Assembly (NCBI GenBank): GCA_047285305.1
Contig: JBJBDL010000003.1
Location: forward strand, 64,001-128,000
Length of the DNA stretch: 64,000 bases
Source of the DNA: Synechococcus sp.
Lineage (GTDB): Bacteria > Cyanobacteriota > Cyanobacteriia > PCC-6307 > Cyanobiaceae
Direction of reading: 5' to 3'
Position numbers and translations under genes: made by a program. The number at the start of each line of letters is the position of its first letter. Positions within the stretch are counted from its first letter, which is position 1. Shown one piece after another: positions 43,933 through 55,014 of this stretch. Under the pieces are notes generated by a model. That model searched no databases. It was not told where the DNA came from and saw nothing but the letters and a program-made list of their open reading frames with translations.

Positions 43933-44775
43933 TCAACAGCCACTCAAATCGCTGCTTGGGTAGGCACCGAAATGGGCGAGATGCTCACACAGAGGCTGCA
44001 ACTGGGCAATCAGATCCTGCAGAGCCGTTGACGGAGCCGGAGGAAGATCCACATCCACAAAAAAGACGTATTCCCCCAGCTCCCGTTTGGACGGTCGCGA
44101 TTCAATCCGACTCATGTTCAGGCCCCGCGCAGCCAAACAGGCCAGAGCCTCCAGCAAGGCCCCCGGCGCATTGCGATGCAGCGAGAACGCCAGACTGGCC
44201 ACATCGCCATGCTCACTGCGCTGATCACGACGCAACAGCAGAAAACGGGTGCGATTGCCCGCAACATCGTTCACCGGGAACTCCAGCTGATCCAACCCAT
44301 GTTCCCGGGCAGCGGTCTGGGAGGCGATCGCAGCACGGAAGGGACTGCCCGCAACCATGCGAGCTGCTTCAGCCGTGGATGAGGTGGGCAATTGCAAGGC
44401 ATCGGGCAGATGCTGGGCCAACCAGCCACTGCACTGGGCCAGGGCCTGCGGGTGGGAGAGCACTTCGGTGACTCTGCTGAGCGGCCCACTCCCCAGCAGA
44501 GCGTGCTGAATCGGCAGCACCAAAGCCCTGCGGATACAAAGCTCCGGATGGGACCACAGCGCATCGAGGGTCGCGGTCACCCCCCCCTCAACCGAGTTCT
44601 CAATCGGGACAACGGCTGCATCACACTGCCCTCCGGCAAGCTGTTCCACAACCGATCGGAGCCCCGCGCAGGGAACGAGGTGGACATCCTCGAGAGCGTC
44701 CTGTTCGATCAACACCCTGGCGGCCTGCTCGCCATAAGTCCCGACTGGGCCAAGGAATGCGAGACGCGTAGGCAT
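43933..44775 (-). CDS. pheA: Prephenate dehydratase
   Basis: FLGPVGTY, PIENSVEG, SHPQALAQC, NRTRF, IESRP (ACT domain); ATG at 44775. Confidence 0.96.
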   Translation of the reverse strand: MPTRLAFLGPVGTYGEQAARVLIEQDALEDVHLVPCAGLRSVVEQLAGGQCDAAVVPIENSVEGGVTATLDALWSHPELCIRRALVLPIQHALLGSGPLSRVTEVLSHPQALAQCSGWLAQHLPDALQLPTSSTAEAARMVAGSPFRAAIASQTAAREHGLDQLEFPVNDVAGNRTRFLLLRRDQRSEHGDVASLAFSLHRNAPGALLEALACLAARGLNMSRIESRPSKRELGEYVFFVDVDLPPAPSTALQDLIAQLQPLCEHLAHFGAYPSSDLSGC

Positions 44776-44827
44776 CGAAGCCGCACTGGATGGACTCGAT
44801 AAGATCATGCCGCGTCAGGTGAAGTCC

Positions 44828-45403
44828 ATGCCCCTGGCCTTTGAAGCCAGTCAAAAGCTTGATCTGTCTGTCCGAACCGGCGCAGAGCGGCTTCCCACTT
44901 ACCTGCTGGAGGAGGAGCGTGTCCTTGGAGCCTTGCTGGACGCCAAACAGCTCACCCACCTGCAGCCAGGGCGTTACCGCTATGTGGTCACCAGCCTGCA
45001 GGTCTTCCAGCTCCACGTGAAACCAGTGGTGTCCCTCCAGATCCACATGGAAGGCAACACACTGGTGATGCAGGCCCTCGACTGCGAATTGGAGGGCCTG
45101 GGGATCGTTGACGACTTCGCCCTGAACCTGGAAGCACGGCTGACGTCCACAGCCGACGGACTTCAGGGACATGCCCATCTGTCGGTGAGCGTCAGCCAGC
45201 CATCGCTGCTCAAGCTGATCCCCAAACGGGTGTTGGAATCGACGGGCGAATCAATCCTGAGTGGCATCCTCATCGGCATCAAAGCCCGGGTTGGCCAGCA
45301 GCTGATCGACGACTACCGAAGCTGGTGCCGTGAAACCGACGGGCGAGGCTCAACCGAGCAGACGCTTCAAGAACGTATGCCGATGCAGGGGAGTGGGGCC
45401 TGA
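44828..45403 (+). CDS. DUF1997 family protein
   Basis: Cyanobacterial SRPBCC-like conserved pattern (...[10 protein letters not shown]...L..DY..W). Confidence 0.7.
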   Translation: MPLAFEASQKLDLSVRTGAERLPTYLLEEERVLGALLDAKQLTHLQPGRYRYVVTSLQVFQLHVKPVVSLQIHMEGNTLVMQALDCELEGLGIVDDFALNLEARLTSTADGLQGHAHLSVSVSQPSLLKLIPKRVLESTGESILSGILIGIKARVGQQLIDDYRSWCRETDGRGSTEQTLQERMPMQGSGA

Positions 45404-45949
45404 GACCATCAAGCTCTGACGATGTTGCGAAGTGCCGTAGCCCGCATGGCGCTCGAGGCCGTAACCAGGGAAGCGAGCCGATAAGCGCCGGATGAGTGCA
45501 TCCCTGGCCTCTTTGGCCAGAACACTCGCCGCAGCAATGGCCGGTGATCTGCTGTCCCCTGCTATCACCGTGCGCTGCGGGCCCTGCCACAGCCGAAGGG
45601 GAAGATTGCCATCCACCAGCACGAGCCCAGGGCTCTGCGGCAATCGCTGCAGAGCCCGCAACATGGCGCGTTCAGTGGCAACGCGGATGCCGCAGGCGTC
45701 AATTTCGCGCGCTGACGCCTGGCCCAAACCGGATGCCACACACAGCGACCGAATCACGGGGACCAGAGCAGCCCGACGCTTGGCTGACAGTTTTTTGCTA
45801 TCGGTAAGCCCTGCCTTCAACAGACACTCCGCCGCTGATCCTTCGAGCACCACAGCGGCCGCAAAGACAGGACCGAACAAGCAACCTCGACCGACTTCAT
45901 CCACACCAGCCACGTCCCTCCCGAGAGGGAGGGACTCCTGCGCAGTCAT
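45350..45949 (-). CDS. rnhB: Ribonuclease HII
   Basis: [35 protein letters not shown]. Confidence 0.96.
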   Translation of the reverse strand: MTAQESLPLGRDVAGVDEVGRGCLFGPVFAAAVVLEGSAAECLLKAGLTDSKKLSAKRRAALVPVIRSLCVASGLGQASAREIDACGIRVATERAMLRALQRLPQSPGLVLVDGNLPLRLWQGPQRTVIAGDSRSPAIAAASVLAKEARDALIRRLSARFPGYGLERHAGYGTSQHRQSLMVSGPTPLHRHTFLKRLLG

Positions 45950-45954
45950 CCTGC

Positions 45955-47895
45955 TCAGACCGTGGCGACAGCCGAGGAGCGGCGACGGCGACGGCGAGGC
46001 TCTTCAGGCTCAGCTGTTTCCACCACCGCCACAGGCTCGGGCTCAGCCGGTTCGCTGATGGGGTCCGGTTCTGGTTCGGTGATCGTCAGGTTGGTCACCG
46101 CCTCCAAGGGGGTGATCTCAACCATCAGGGGAGCCGAATCATCCGGGATGGATGAGGTAACAACAGCGGGCGTCTCAGCGGAGGGGCTCGCAGTGGGCTG
46201 ACTCGCCCCATTGCGTGAGCCTGAACGACCGCCCCGTCCGCCGCGACGACGGCGCCGTCCGGAGCTGGCCGCCAATTGCTGACGCGCCTCCTCCAGCACC
46301 TCCTGCTCGTCCTCGCCAGGGCGCACGACCCGGACCACGACATTGTCGGATGCAGGGGGCTCTTCCAGCAAAAGGGCAGGGTTCAACCCCAGCCAACCAA
46401 ACAATTGCTGTTGCTCGTCCGTCATCGGGACGGCAACCAATTCAGGGTCCTGACGACGAGCTGTCGCAGGCTCCTGAGCCTCTTGGGTCGAGACCTCAGG
46501 GGCAGTGGTGTCGGACGTCTCGACCGGAAGAACGGCATCCTGACTGCCGCGCCCTCGACCACCGCGCCGCCGCCGGCCATTGCCACCATTTTCTCCAGGC
46601 GCAACAACTTCGGCGCGGGCAGAGGCCGCCGAGCGAACCAATCCCGTTGCCGTCGCGAGAGGTTGAAGCAGGTCTTTGCCGGGGAGAACGGCCACATGGC
46701 CCAGACCACCACAGCTGGGGCAAGCCCGACCGAACAGTTCATAGATGTTCTGCCCTTGACGCTTGCGGGTGAGTTCCACCAGGCCCAGTTCGCTGAGCTG
46801 TGCGATCTGCGGGCGGGCTGAGTCGTCACGGACGGCTGTCGTGAAATGCTCCAGCAGCTGGAGCTGATCACGACGGGAATCCATATCGATGAAGTCGATG
46901 ATGATCACCCCACCGATGTTGCGAAGCTTGAGCTGGCGAGCAATTTCGATCGCCGCCTCACAGTTGGTCCACAGAACGGTTTCGCGCGCATTGGCCGATC
47001 GTGTGAACGAGCCCGAGTTCACATCGATCACCGTGAGCGCTTCGGTGGGCTCGATGATCACGTAGCCACCTGACGGCAGATCAACCCTTGGCTTCAGCGC
47101 ATCGCGGATGGCGGCATTGACCTTGTAATGCTCCAGCAACTCGCTGGGTTCGCTGTGCGCTTCTACCAGCACATTGCCGGCTTCGGCACCAAGGAAACTG
47201 CTCACACGGCCCACAGCGGCGGCATCCTCCACCACAACCCGGGCCAGATCTGGGCCCATGTGGTCCCGCAGAATCCGATGGATGAAGTCTTCGTCGCGGT
47301 TGAGCAGCACCGGAGGTACTGCCGTTTCAGCGGCTTGCTGAATCGCCTCCCACTGGCGCAGCAAGGATTCCAGATCCTCAATCAACAGCTCTTCGCTGAT
47401 GCCGTCGGCCTCCGTACGGATCAGCAAACCGGCTCCAGGCGGCTTGATCAGAACACCAAGGGCACGCAGTCGGTTCCGTTCTGCATCGGAACTGATGCGC
47501 CGGGAAATATTGACCCCCTGGCCATGGGGCTGAAGCACCAGATAGCGACCTGGCAGAGCCAAATTTCCCGTCAACCGTGGGCCTTTGGTGCCGGTCGGTT
47601 CTTTCATCACCTGAACCAGAACCTTTTGGCGAGGCTCAAGAAGTTCAGTGATCCCGGCTGAGCCTTTCTTCAGACGCAGCGGCCCAAGATCGGTGACATG
47701 GATGAACCCATTTTTCTCACTCTCACCAATATTGACGAAGGCAGCATCAATGCCCGGCAGAACATTTTCAACCGTTCCTAAATAGACATCTCCGATCTGA
47801 TAACGACCCTGCGCGACGATGAGTTCATCAACACGTTCATCGGTCAGCACTGCTGCGATGCGCAGCTGCTCCGCGATGACAATTTGCTGGGGCAT
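45955..47895 (-). CDS. rne: Ribonuclease E
   Basis: S1 domain ([13 protein letters not shown]), IDVNSG, IIDFIDM, CPSCGG Zn link, Arg-rich disordered C-terminus ending RRRRRRSSA. Confidence 0.96.
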   Translation of the reverse strand: MPQQIVIAEQLRIAAVLTDERVDELIVAQGRYQIGDVYLGTVENVLPGIDAAFVNIGESEKNGFIHVTDLGPLRLKKGSAGITELLEPRQKVLVQVMKEPTGTKGPRLTGNLALPGRYLVLQPHGQGVNISRRISSDAERNRLRALGVLIKPPGAGLLIRTEADGISEELLIEDLESLLRQWEAIQQAAETAVPPVLLNRDEDFIHRILRDHMGPDLARVVVEDAAAVGRVSSFLGAEAGNVLVEAHSEPSELLEHYKVNAAIRDALKPRVDLPSGGYVIIEPTEALTVIDVNSGSFTRSANARETVLWTNCEAAIEIARQLKLRNIGGVIIIDFIDMDSRRDQLQLLEHFTTAVRDDSARPQIAQLSELGLVELTRKRQGQNIYELFGRACPSCGGLGHVAVLPGKDLLQPLATATGLVRSAASARAEVVAPGENGGNGRRRRGGRGRGSQDAVLPVETSDTTAPEVSTQEAQEPATARRQDPELVAVPMTDEQQQLFGWLGLNPALLLEEPPASDNVVVRVVRPGEDEQEVLEEARQQLAASSGRRRRRGGRGGRSGSRNGASQPTASPSAETPAVVTSSIPDDSAPLMVEITPLEAVTNLTITEPEPDPISEPAEPEPVAVVETAEPEEPRRRRRRSSAVATV

Positions 47896-48152
47896 AAGAG
47901 GACTGGTTGAGCCCGATTGAGGGCCAAATCCGTTGAGGAACCTGCCGGTTCTCCCTCACGGGTTGATTAAAAGATCTGAGCTGGTCAGCAAGACCAAAAG
48001 GTTGCGGAGCAAAAACTCCTATGACTCAGGCTTGGGGGTTCCAAAAAAGACCGCCATTCAAGCCGTGATGTGGACCTCGATATCCGTGTTGGATCAGACA
48101 AGACCGGAGCAAGGTTGGTCCCGACGGACGAAACACTTGTTCTGTAGCCAAA

Positions 48153-50789
48153 TTAGCACTGCGTACTGAGGAGCAGGGCCTCTCGCGCCAAGCGTTGGAC
48201 CTGCAAGGGCTGACCAACGGTCTCAGCCAGCCAGTGCTGAATCTGAGCAGGGCGCAAGCTTCGACCCATCTCGTCAACCGCCGCTTCCAAGCGAAGCCGA
48301 ACAGATCCATTGGCGTTCTGATCCATCACCTGCAGCGCCTTCAACGCGGGGCGGCAATCCCGCTCCCGAGGGCGGCCCTTTTTATCGGTGTCGTTCCACA
48401 CCAAGGTTGTTGCCTGCAGGAGCTGATCCACCGCCGCATTCCAATCCGATGGCATCGGGGCCTGCTCCTGTGGCATGAGATCAAAACACCAAACGGCACC
48501 CGTCAGTTCTTGGGAGAGGCTTTTGCCGCTGACGGGAACCTCGGCTACCGCCAGCAGCTGGATCCCTTGCGGAAGCAGCGGCTGCAGCGTCTTGCGGAAG
48601 TGGTTGGGCTCCAGGGCCTCGGTGAATTCCAGATCCATCCACTCGCTCTGGGCCTCAGCGCCGAGGGGAAGTGCCAAAGCGATCTGAATCCGCGGCAGTG
48701 GATGAAACCCACCGGTGAAGCTGATCGGGAGAGCACTTCGACGCAGGGCCCGCTCGAGCATGCGCATCAGATCAAGATGGCTGAGCAGCGCCATCGATCC
48801 CGTTTTGGCGAATTGCACGCGGATGCGACACACCCGTTCACTGGGCGGTGCCTGAGTCGGCACCTGGGTTGGCACCTCAGGAGCGGGAACCACCACGTTG
48901 TGCCCGAGATCCGGGCCGCAGACCCCACAACTGCTGCAACCATCAAAAGAGCAGTCGGGTACGACCGCCGCTGCCAGAGCCCGTTGCAGATCGTCCGCCA
49001 GCCAGGCTTTGTCGATGCCGGTGTCGATGTGATCCCAGGGGAGCGGCTGAGCACAGAACGCTTCCAGATCCTCCCGATCCAGCGCAGCCACAGCACTCCA
49101 GCCCCCCACCTCCATCTCCCGGTAACGCCCCTCCAGGCCGGCATCCGCGATAGCTCTGGTCCAGGCGGCGTAGGTGCGATCCAGCGACTCGAACCAGGCA
49201 TCCATGCCGGCACCGGCCCGCCAGGCCGCCTCGATCACCGGGGCAAGGCGCTGATCGCTGCGGCCCACAAAATCCTCCATGGCCGACAGCCGCACATCGG
49301 TGAAATTCACCTTCACGCCGCGCAAACGCCTGAAGGCCTCCTTGAGCAGGGCCTGGCGGCGCTCAAACTCGACCGTGGAGACGCTGTGCCACTGAAAAGG
49401 GGTGTGGGGCTTAGGCGTGAAGTTGCTGATCGTGATGTTCAGGTTCAGCCGACCCAGGTCACGGCAGCGCTGCTGGAGCATCACGCAGGTCTCGGCAATG
49501 CCGAGAACATCGGCATCCGTCTCACCAGGGAGGCCGATCATGAAGTACAGCTTCACCTTGCGATAGCCGTTCTGCATGGCCGTGCGGATGCCGTGCAGCA
49601 GGTCTTCATCGGTGAGGCCCTTATTGACGATGTCGCGGAGCCGCTGTGTTCCGGCCTCCGGGGCGAAGGTGAGACCCGCTTTCCTCGTGCCGCCAAGGAT
49701 GTGGGCAATGTCTTCATCGAAGCGATCCACCCGCTGACTGGGCAGCTGAAGCGTGACGTTCTGATCGGCAAGGCGGTTGCGCAACTCAACTCCCACCGCC
49801 GGCAGCGCCAGATAGTCGCTGCAGCTCAAGGAGAGCAGCGAGAAATCGCTGTAGCCCGTTTGTTTCATGCCGGTCTCCACCGCCTCGATCACGGCCTCGG
49901 GTTCCACATCCCGAGCCGGACGCGTCAACATTCCTGGCTGGCAGAAGCGACAACCCCGGGTGCAACCGCGGCGAATCTCCACCGTGAGACGGTCATGCAC
50001 CGTTTCCACATGTGGCACAAGACCCATGGCGTAGTGGGGCATTGGCGTCGCCACACGGCGAAGAACCCGCGCTGGAAGATCGGGGTGAAGCGGCTCAAGG
50101 GTGACCCCATCGGCGCCCGTTTCATAGAGCGCAGGCACGTAAACGCCGGGAACCTGGGCCAGATCCCGCAGCAATTGCGATCGCGTCAATCCATCCGCTT
50201 TGGCTTGCGCCACCACCAGACCGATTTCGGGCAACAGCTCCTCACCGTCACCCAAAGCGATGAAGTCGAAGAACGGGGCATAGGGCTCTGGATTGCTGGT
50301 GGCGGTGGGCCCGCCAGCGAAAATCAGAGGAGGTGCTGCAGGATCACTCAGGGGCAAGTCGCCCCGATCAGCGGCGCGGATGGGCACCTGCGCGAGGTCC
50401 AGCATCTCAAGGATGTTGGTGGCGCCCAGTTCGTAACTTAGGCTGAAACCCAGGATGTCGAAGGCTGGCAAGGGCCGACGGCTTTCCACGGCAAACAACG
50501 CCTGGGAGCGTTCCCGCAAGCGGCCTGCCAGATCAGCCGCCGGAAGATAGGCGCGATCACACAACTGCCCTGGGACGGCATTGAGGATCGAATAAAGAAT
50601 GATGTGGCCCAGGTTGCTGGAGCCAACCTCATAAATCTCGGGGTAGGTGAGCGCCCAGCGAACCGACGCTGTCAGCCAGTCCCGTGGTTCAACCCCTAAC
50701 TCGTGCCCCATGTAGCGGGCCGGTTTGTTGATGCCGCTGTCCACAAGGGCATGAAAATCAACCGGGTGATACAGGGATGAGGCGACCAC
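48153..50789 (-). CDS. TIGR03960 radical SAM protein fused to TIGR03936/DUF2344 domain
   Basis: KPARYMG.E, YPEIYEVG, RGCTRGCRFCQ, FAPEAG, PKPHTPFQW; C-terminal SHLDLMR...GGFHPLPR; GTG start near 50789 uncertain. Confidence 0.88.
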   Translation of the reverse strand: MVASSLYHPVDFHALVDSGINKPARYMGHELGVEPRDWLTASVRWALTYPEIYEVGSSNLGHIILYSILNAVPGQLCDRAYLPAADLAGRLRERSQALFAVESRRPLPAFDILGFSLSYELGATNILEMLDLAQVPIRAADRGDLPLSDPAAPPLIFAGGPTATSNPEPYAPFFDFIALGDGEELLPEIGLVVAQAKADGLTRSQLLRDLAQVPGVYVPALYETGADGVTLEPLHPDLPARVLRRVATPMPHYAMGLVPHVETVHDRLTVEIRRGCTRGCRFCQPGMLTRPARDVEPEAVIEAVETGMKQTGYSDFSLLSLSCSDYLALPAVGVELRNRLADQNVTLQLPSQRVDRFDEDIAHILGGTRKAGLTFAPEAGTQRLRDIVNKGLTDEDLLHGIRTAMQNGYRKVKLYFMIGLPGETDADVLGIAETCVMLQQRCRDLGRLNLNITISNFTPKPHTPFQWHSVSTVEFERRQALLKEAFRRLRGVKVNFTDVRLSAMEDFVGRSDQRLAPVIEAAWRAGAGMDAWFESLDRTYAAWTRAIADAGLEGRYREMEVGGWSAVAALDREDLEAFCAQPLPWDHIDTGIDKAWLADDLQRALAAAVVPDCSFDGCSSCGVCGPDLGHNVVVPAPEVPTQVPTQAPPSERVCRIRVQFAKTGSMALLSHLDLMRMLERALRRSALPISFTGGFHPLPRIQIALALPLGAEAQSEWMDLEFTEALEPNHFRKTLQPLLPQGIQLLAVAEVPVSGKSLSQELTGAVWCFDLMPQEQAPMPSDWNAAVDQLLQATTLVWNDTDKKGRPRERDCRPALKALQVMDQNANGSVRLRLEAAVDEMGRSLRPAQIQHWLAETVGQPLQVQRLAREALLLSTQC

Positions 50790-50869
50790 GTCGGATGTCC
50801 TGACTCCTGAGGTAATCGTATGGAGCTGCCGACACGGCAAGATGCCCGGCAGAAATAGCTTCCGATTCC

Positions 50870-52096
50870 GTGGTTCAGGTCAACGGCAATTACCTCAAGC
50901 TCAAGGCGGGCTACCTGTTCCCTGAGATCGGTCGACGTGTCAAAGCGTTCAGCAGCGCCAATCCCGACGCAGCGCTAATCCGCCTGGGCATCGGTGATGT
51001 CACGGAGCCCCTGCCTCTAGCCTGCCGTGAAGCCATGAAAACCGCTATCGATGCGATGGGCACCGCCGAAGGCTTCCACGGCTATGGCCCGGAACAGGGC
51101 TACGGCTGGTTGCGGGAGGCCATCGCCAAAAACGACTTCCAAGCCCGAGGCTGCGATATCAGTGCCGAGGAAATTTTTGTTTCCGACGGCTCCAAGTGCG
51201 ACAGCAGCAACATCCTCGACATCCTCGGCGAGGGCAACAAGGTGGCCGTCACGGACCCCGTCTATCCGGTGTACGTGGACAGCAACGTGATGGCTGGCCG
51301 CACCGGGGAAGCCGGAGAGATCGGTCGCTATGCGGGACTGACCTACCTACCAATCAGCGCGGACAATGGCTTTGCAGCGCAGATTCCCAGTGAACCGGTC
51401 GACCTGATCTACCTCTGCTTCCCCAATAACCCGACCGGTGCCGTCGCCACCCGGGAACAACTCCAGGCCTGGGTGAACTACGCCCGCGCCAATGGCGCAC
51501 TGATCCTCTTCGATGCTGCCTATGAGGCCTTCATCCAGGATCCGGAACTCCCCCACTCCATCTTCGAGATCGAAGGAGCCCGGGACTGTGCCATCGAATT
51601 CCGTTCCTTCTCCAAAAACGCTGGCTTCACCGGCACCCGCTGTGCCTTCACCGTGGTGCCCAAAGGGCTGAAAGGCAAAGCGGCCAACGGCGAAGCGGTG
51701 GAACTCTGGGGGCTGTGGAACCGACGTCAGAGCACCAAGTTCAACGGTGTGAGCTACATCATTCAGCGTGGAGCTGAGGCTGTTTACTCCGAAGCCGGTC
51801 AGGCGGAGGTGAAGGCCTTGGTGAGCTTCTACATGGAGAACGCCGCGATCATTCGCCGCGAACTCAGTGCTGCAGGCCTCTCCGTCTATGGCGGCGAACA
51901 CGCTCCCTACGTCTGGATCAAGACCCCTGAGGGCATGGACTCCTGGGGCTTCTTCGACCATCTGCTCAATAAAGCCAACGTGGTGGGTACACCCGGCAGC
52001 GGTTTCGGCGCCGCTGGCGAGGGGTATTTCCGCTTGTCGGCCTTCAACAGCCGCGCCAATGTGGATGAAGCCATGGCTCGCATCAAGGCGCTGTGA
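50870..52096 (+). CDS. dapL: LL-diaminopimelate aminotransferase
   Basis: [39 protein letters not shown]. Confidence 0.97.
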   Translation: MVQVNGNYLKLKAGYLFPEIGRRVKAFSSANPDAALIRLGIGDVTEPLPLACREAMKTAIDAMGTAEGFHGYGPEQGYGWLREAIAKNDFQARGCDISAEEIFVSDGSKCDSSNILDILGEGNKVAVTDPVYPVYVDSNVMAGRTGEAGEIGRYAGLTYLPISADNGFAAQIPSEPVDLIYLCFPNNPTGAVATREQLQAWVNYARANGALILFDAAYEAFIQDPELPHSIFEIEGARDCAIEFRSFSKNAGFTGTRCAFTVVPKGLKGKAANGEAVELWGLWNRRQSTKFNGVSYIIQRGAEAVYSEAGQAEVKALVSFYMENAAIIRRELSAAGLSVYGGEHAPYVWIKTPEGMDSWGFFDHLLNKANVVGTPGSGFGAAGEGYFRLSAFNSRANVDEAMARIKAL

Positions 52097-52143
52097 GCCG
52101 CTCCCTCTCCCCAATGCCTTTAGATTCGAAAGGCTTAGGATCA

Positions 52144-52464
52144 ATGGTCATGGCGGCGGAATCTCCAAGCCAAAAACCAGGTGGTGCAGCTGTTCTGGAC
52201 AAAGCGCCAGAGCGGGTCCGCAAGCGTTCGCCTCGCTACAAGGTGCTTCTGCACAACGATCCGGTGAATTCCATGGAATACGTGGTGGCCACCTTGCAGC
52301 AGGTCGTACCTCAACTGAGCGAACAAGACTGCATGGCCGTAATGCTGGAGGCCCACAACACCGGCGTGGGCTTGGTGATCGTGTGCGACATCGAACCGGC
52401 TGAGTTCTATTGCGAGACGCTGAAATCCAAAGGTCTGACAAGCTCCATCGAACCTGAGGAGTGA
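52144..52464 (+). CDS. clpS: ATP-dependent Clp protease adaptor ClpS
   Basis: YKVLLHNDPVNSMEYV, MLEAHNTG; start 52144 or 52150. Confidence 0.94.
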   Translation: MVMAAESPSQKPGGAAVLDKAPERVRKRSPRYKVLLHNDPVNSMEYVVATLQQVVPQLSEQDCMAVMLEAHNTGVGLVIVCDIEPAEFYCETLKSKGLTSSIEPEE

Positions 52465-53252
52465 GGCCCTACTGGCGAGGCACTCTTCTGTATCCGGCGT
52501 CATTGGTGGCGTTGTTTCTCAGCTTGCAAGGACTTCTTGGCCTCGCAGGTATTCCCTCGGCTCAGCAGGCTTCTTTAGCGGCGGGCCCCAGCGTTGCAGC
52601 AATGCTGATTTCACTGCCTTGGCGGTTGCGACGGACCTGGGGCGTTGATCGCCCTTGGCAGCAACTTGGAGTGGTTCGACCAGTCGTCAAAGCCCTGCAC
52701 GCATTCCTGCGTGGATTCACAAAAGCCGCAGTCCTTCTTTTCGGAGTGGTTGCTGTCCTTCTGCTCAGCGGAAACGGCCTATGGCAGGGCCAAATCACCA
52801 CAGGTGATCTTGCCAATGCCATTGCCCTAATGCTTCTGGTGGGTTTTGCAGAGGAGCTGCTCTTTCGTGGTTGGCTCTGGGGTGAATTGGAGCTATTGAC
52901 AGGTCGACAGCAGGCGATCGGGATTCAGGCAGCTGTATTCGCCCTGGTACATCCCTGGTACCAGCTGCCTCCCGTCGAAGCCATTGCACTGCTCATGGGC
53001 CTGGTGTTGCTGGGTTTTGCCCTAGCCCTGCAACGCAGAGCCGACAACGGAGTGCTCTGGGGATCCATTGGCCTGCACGGCGGGCTTGTTGGTGGGTGGT
53101 TCGCCCTTCAAGCCGGGCTGATCACCCTGCCTGGAACGAGCCCAACTTGGCTGCTTGGGGCAGGTGGCGCCAATCCCAACCCGATTAGTGGTCTGTTGGG
53201 TTGGGCCGGACTGGGGGGATTCATCCTGATCAGACGCCGATGGTGGCGATGA
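52461..53252 (+). CDS. CPBP (Abi/CAAX) intramembrane metalloprotease
   Basis: EELLFRG, FALVH, H motifs; hydrophobic; GTGA overlap with clpS. Confidence 0.88.
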   Translation: MRPYWRGTLLYPASLVALFLSLQGLLGLAGIPSAQQASLAAGPSVAAMLISLPWRLRRTWGVDRPWQQLGVVRPVVKALHAFLRGFTKAAVLLFGVVAVLLLSGNGLWQGQITTGDLANAIALMLLVGFAEELLFRGWLWGELELLTGRQQAIGIQAAVFALVHPWYQLPPVEAIALLMGLVLLGFALALQRRADNGVLWGSIGLHGGLVGGWFALQAGLITLPGTSPTWLLGAGGANPNPISGLLGWAGLGGFILIRRRWWR

Positions 53253-53253
53253 G

Positions 53254-54843
53254 TCAACGTGTCGCCGTTGCCAAGGCCTTGCGGCCCTCTACCGGAGCAC
53301 GAAGAGCCTCCTGAAGCGACGTCACTCCGTAGTCCCGTTCGAGGAGTGACATCACTGTGCGACCGAAATCAGCAGGATTGCGGTCAAAGGCTTCGAGACA
53401 CACACGACCAAAGGTGCTCCCCATCGGCTCGGGGTTCCAGAGAAGTTTTCGCGCTGTCCACGGCATCATGCTCATTGGGTTGTAACCCGGCTTGATCAAA
53501 CCCTGATCGAACCCGTACTGCTCAAGGTGGGTGTGGGGCTGCAAACCGATGAAAAAGATCGCTGGCTCGACCAAATCAGCGCCAAAAATGGCCTCCAGCT
53601 CTCGGTGATAAGCCACGGTCTGGCGGATCGTTTCCGGCCGCTCGTCGATCACGTTGAAGGAGTAATTCACCGAAACGTGATCTCGGAAGCCTGCCTCCGC
53701 CAACATCCGACAACTCTCCAGAACGGTGCGAAGGTTGTAGCCCATGCGCATCTTGCGAACGAGCTCCTGAGAGCCGGATGTAATGCCGATCTCGAAATAG
53801 CTCATGCCCGTCTCCACCATGAGCTGAGCCAATTCGGGATCCAGATTGTCGGCGCGGATGTAGGCGGCCCAACGAATGCCGGTCAGCCCTTCAGCCTTGA
53901 TCGCCCGCAGCAGTTCCTTGGCATCTTCGATGTAGCGCCGCGCGGGTATGAACTGGGCATCGGTGAACCAGAAACCACGAACCCCACGGTCATACAGCTG
54001 TCGCATCTCTTTGACCACCTCATCGACTGGATTGAGGCGCACCTGCTTGCCTTCCACCACCGTGTAGACGCAATAACAACAGTTGTGGGGGCAGCCGCGC
54101 TTGGTCTGAACTCCCACGTAAAAGTCGCCACCTTCGAGATACCAGTCGAGCTGGGGCCAGATCGAAGCGATGTAGTCGTAGTTGCAGGCGGTTTTGGGCC
54201 GACTTTCCGGCTGCTCATGGATCAGGCCTGAACGTGGCTTCTCGCCAACCACGAAGCAACGTTCAGCTTCGAGGGAGTGACCGTGGATCAACTTCTCCAG
54301 CAGCGGCTCACCCTCACCGATGGAAACAACCGTTCCTTTGGGGAGCGACTTGCCGAGTTGCTCGTAAAACACACTGACAGCTCCACCGCCAAGCACTGCT
54401 CTGGCCGCCGGCTGGTGGCGGCGCGCACGTTTCAAGCCTTGACGCACCAGACGCTGGTTCCTGCGAAGCTCGCCGTAATGACTGCTCATTAACTGAAGCC
54501 CACCCAAGGCTCCATGCAGACGCTTCAGAGGGTTACGGGCGTAGAAGACCTCGAACGAATTCTGAAGAGGGTTGCCCCCCCGCCCATCGACCGGCGCGTA
54601 AATCTGGATGTCTCTCCACGAGAACACCAGCAGCGTCGGCTGGAACTGGTCAACAGTGGCGTCCAGCACGCGATGGACATCCAGCACCGGCAGAGCCGCG
54701 AGGTCGAGGATGCGCTGAGGCATCTCCGGGAAGCATTTGTGGAGATGGTCGGCGAGATAGATCGGCCCTATTGGAAAGATCGGATTGCAGGGCAGCCGCA
54801 CCAGCAACACCCGTTCTTGTTGTGGTGCCACGTCAGCTGCCAT
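53254..54843 (-). CDS. B12-binding radical SAM protein (PSII high-light acclimation family, Slr0320-like)
   Basis: RLPCNPIFPIG N-terminal B12-binding-like domain, VLGGG, GEGE, KRGCPHNCCYC, WFTD. Confidence 0.85.
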   Translation of the reverse strand: MAADVAPQQERVLLVRLPCNPIFPIGPIYLADHLHKCFPEMPQRILDLAALPVLDVHRVLDATVDQFQPTLLVFSWRDIQIYAPVDGRGGNPLQNSFEVFYARNPLKRLHGALGGLQLMSSHYGELRRNQRLVRQGLKRARRHQPAARAVLGGGAVSVFYEQLGKSLPKGTVVSIGEGEPLLEKLIHGHSLEAERCFVVGEKPRSGLIHEQPESRPKTACNYDYIASIWPQLDWYLEGGDFYVGVQTKRGCPHNCCYCVYTVVEGKQVRLNPVDEVVKEMRQLYDRGVRGFWFTDAQFIPARRYIEDAKELLRAIKAEGLTGIRWAAYIRADNLDPELAQLMVETGMSYFEIGITSGSQELVRKMRMGYNLRTVLESCRMLAEAGFRDHVSVNYSFNVIDERPETIRQTVAYHRELEAIFGADLVEPAIFFIGLQPHTHLEQYGFDQGLIKPGYNPMSMMPWTARKLLWNPEPMGSTFGRVCLEAFDRNPADFGRTVMSLLERDYGVTSLQEALRAPVEGRKALATATR

Positions 54844-54941
54844 GAGGCTTCCGGGACGCTAACAAGCGCTGCCGCCAAAGGGGCCGAGGACCTCTTGGCA
54901 ACAACTTCATCAAGCCAGCGACACACAGCGCAAACTTCCTT

Positions 54942-55014
54942 TACAATCACGATCAGGCAGGGCTCTCCTGCCCTTCCTTAAACCGTTCCTTCGGGAACAT
55001 TTCTTTCCGTTCTC
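54942..55014 (+). promoter_or_regulatory. psbA promoter (-10 TACAAT) and two-hairpin 5' UTR, PhotoRC-I motif-like
   Basis: TACAAT at 54942-54947; GGCAGG-GCTCT-CCTGCC (54956-54972); GTTCC-TTCG-GGAAC (54985-54998); pyrimidine-rich stretch before ATG. Confidence 0.65.

Noticed and set aside
48195..50441. 748-aa plus-strand ORF and other long antisense ORFs (e.g. 23384-24661, 33166-34413, 40604-41791, 27586-28926)
   Set aside because: They lie exactly opposite well-supported genes and show no recognisable motifs. Such shadow ORFs are expected from high-GC codon bias.
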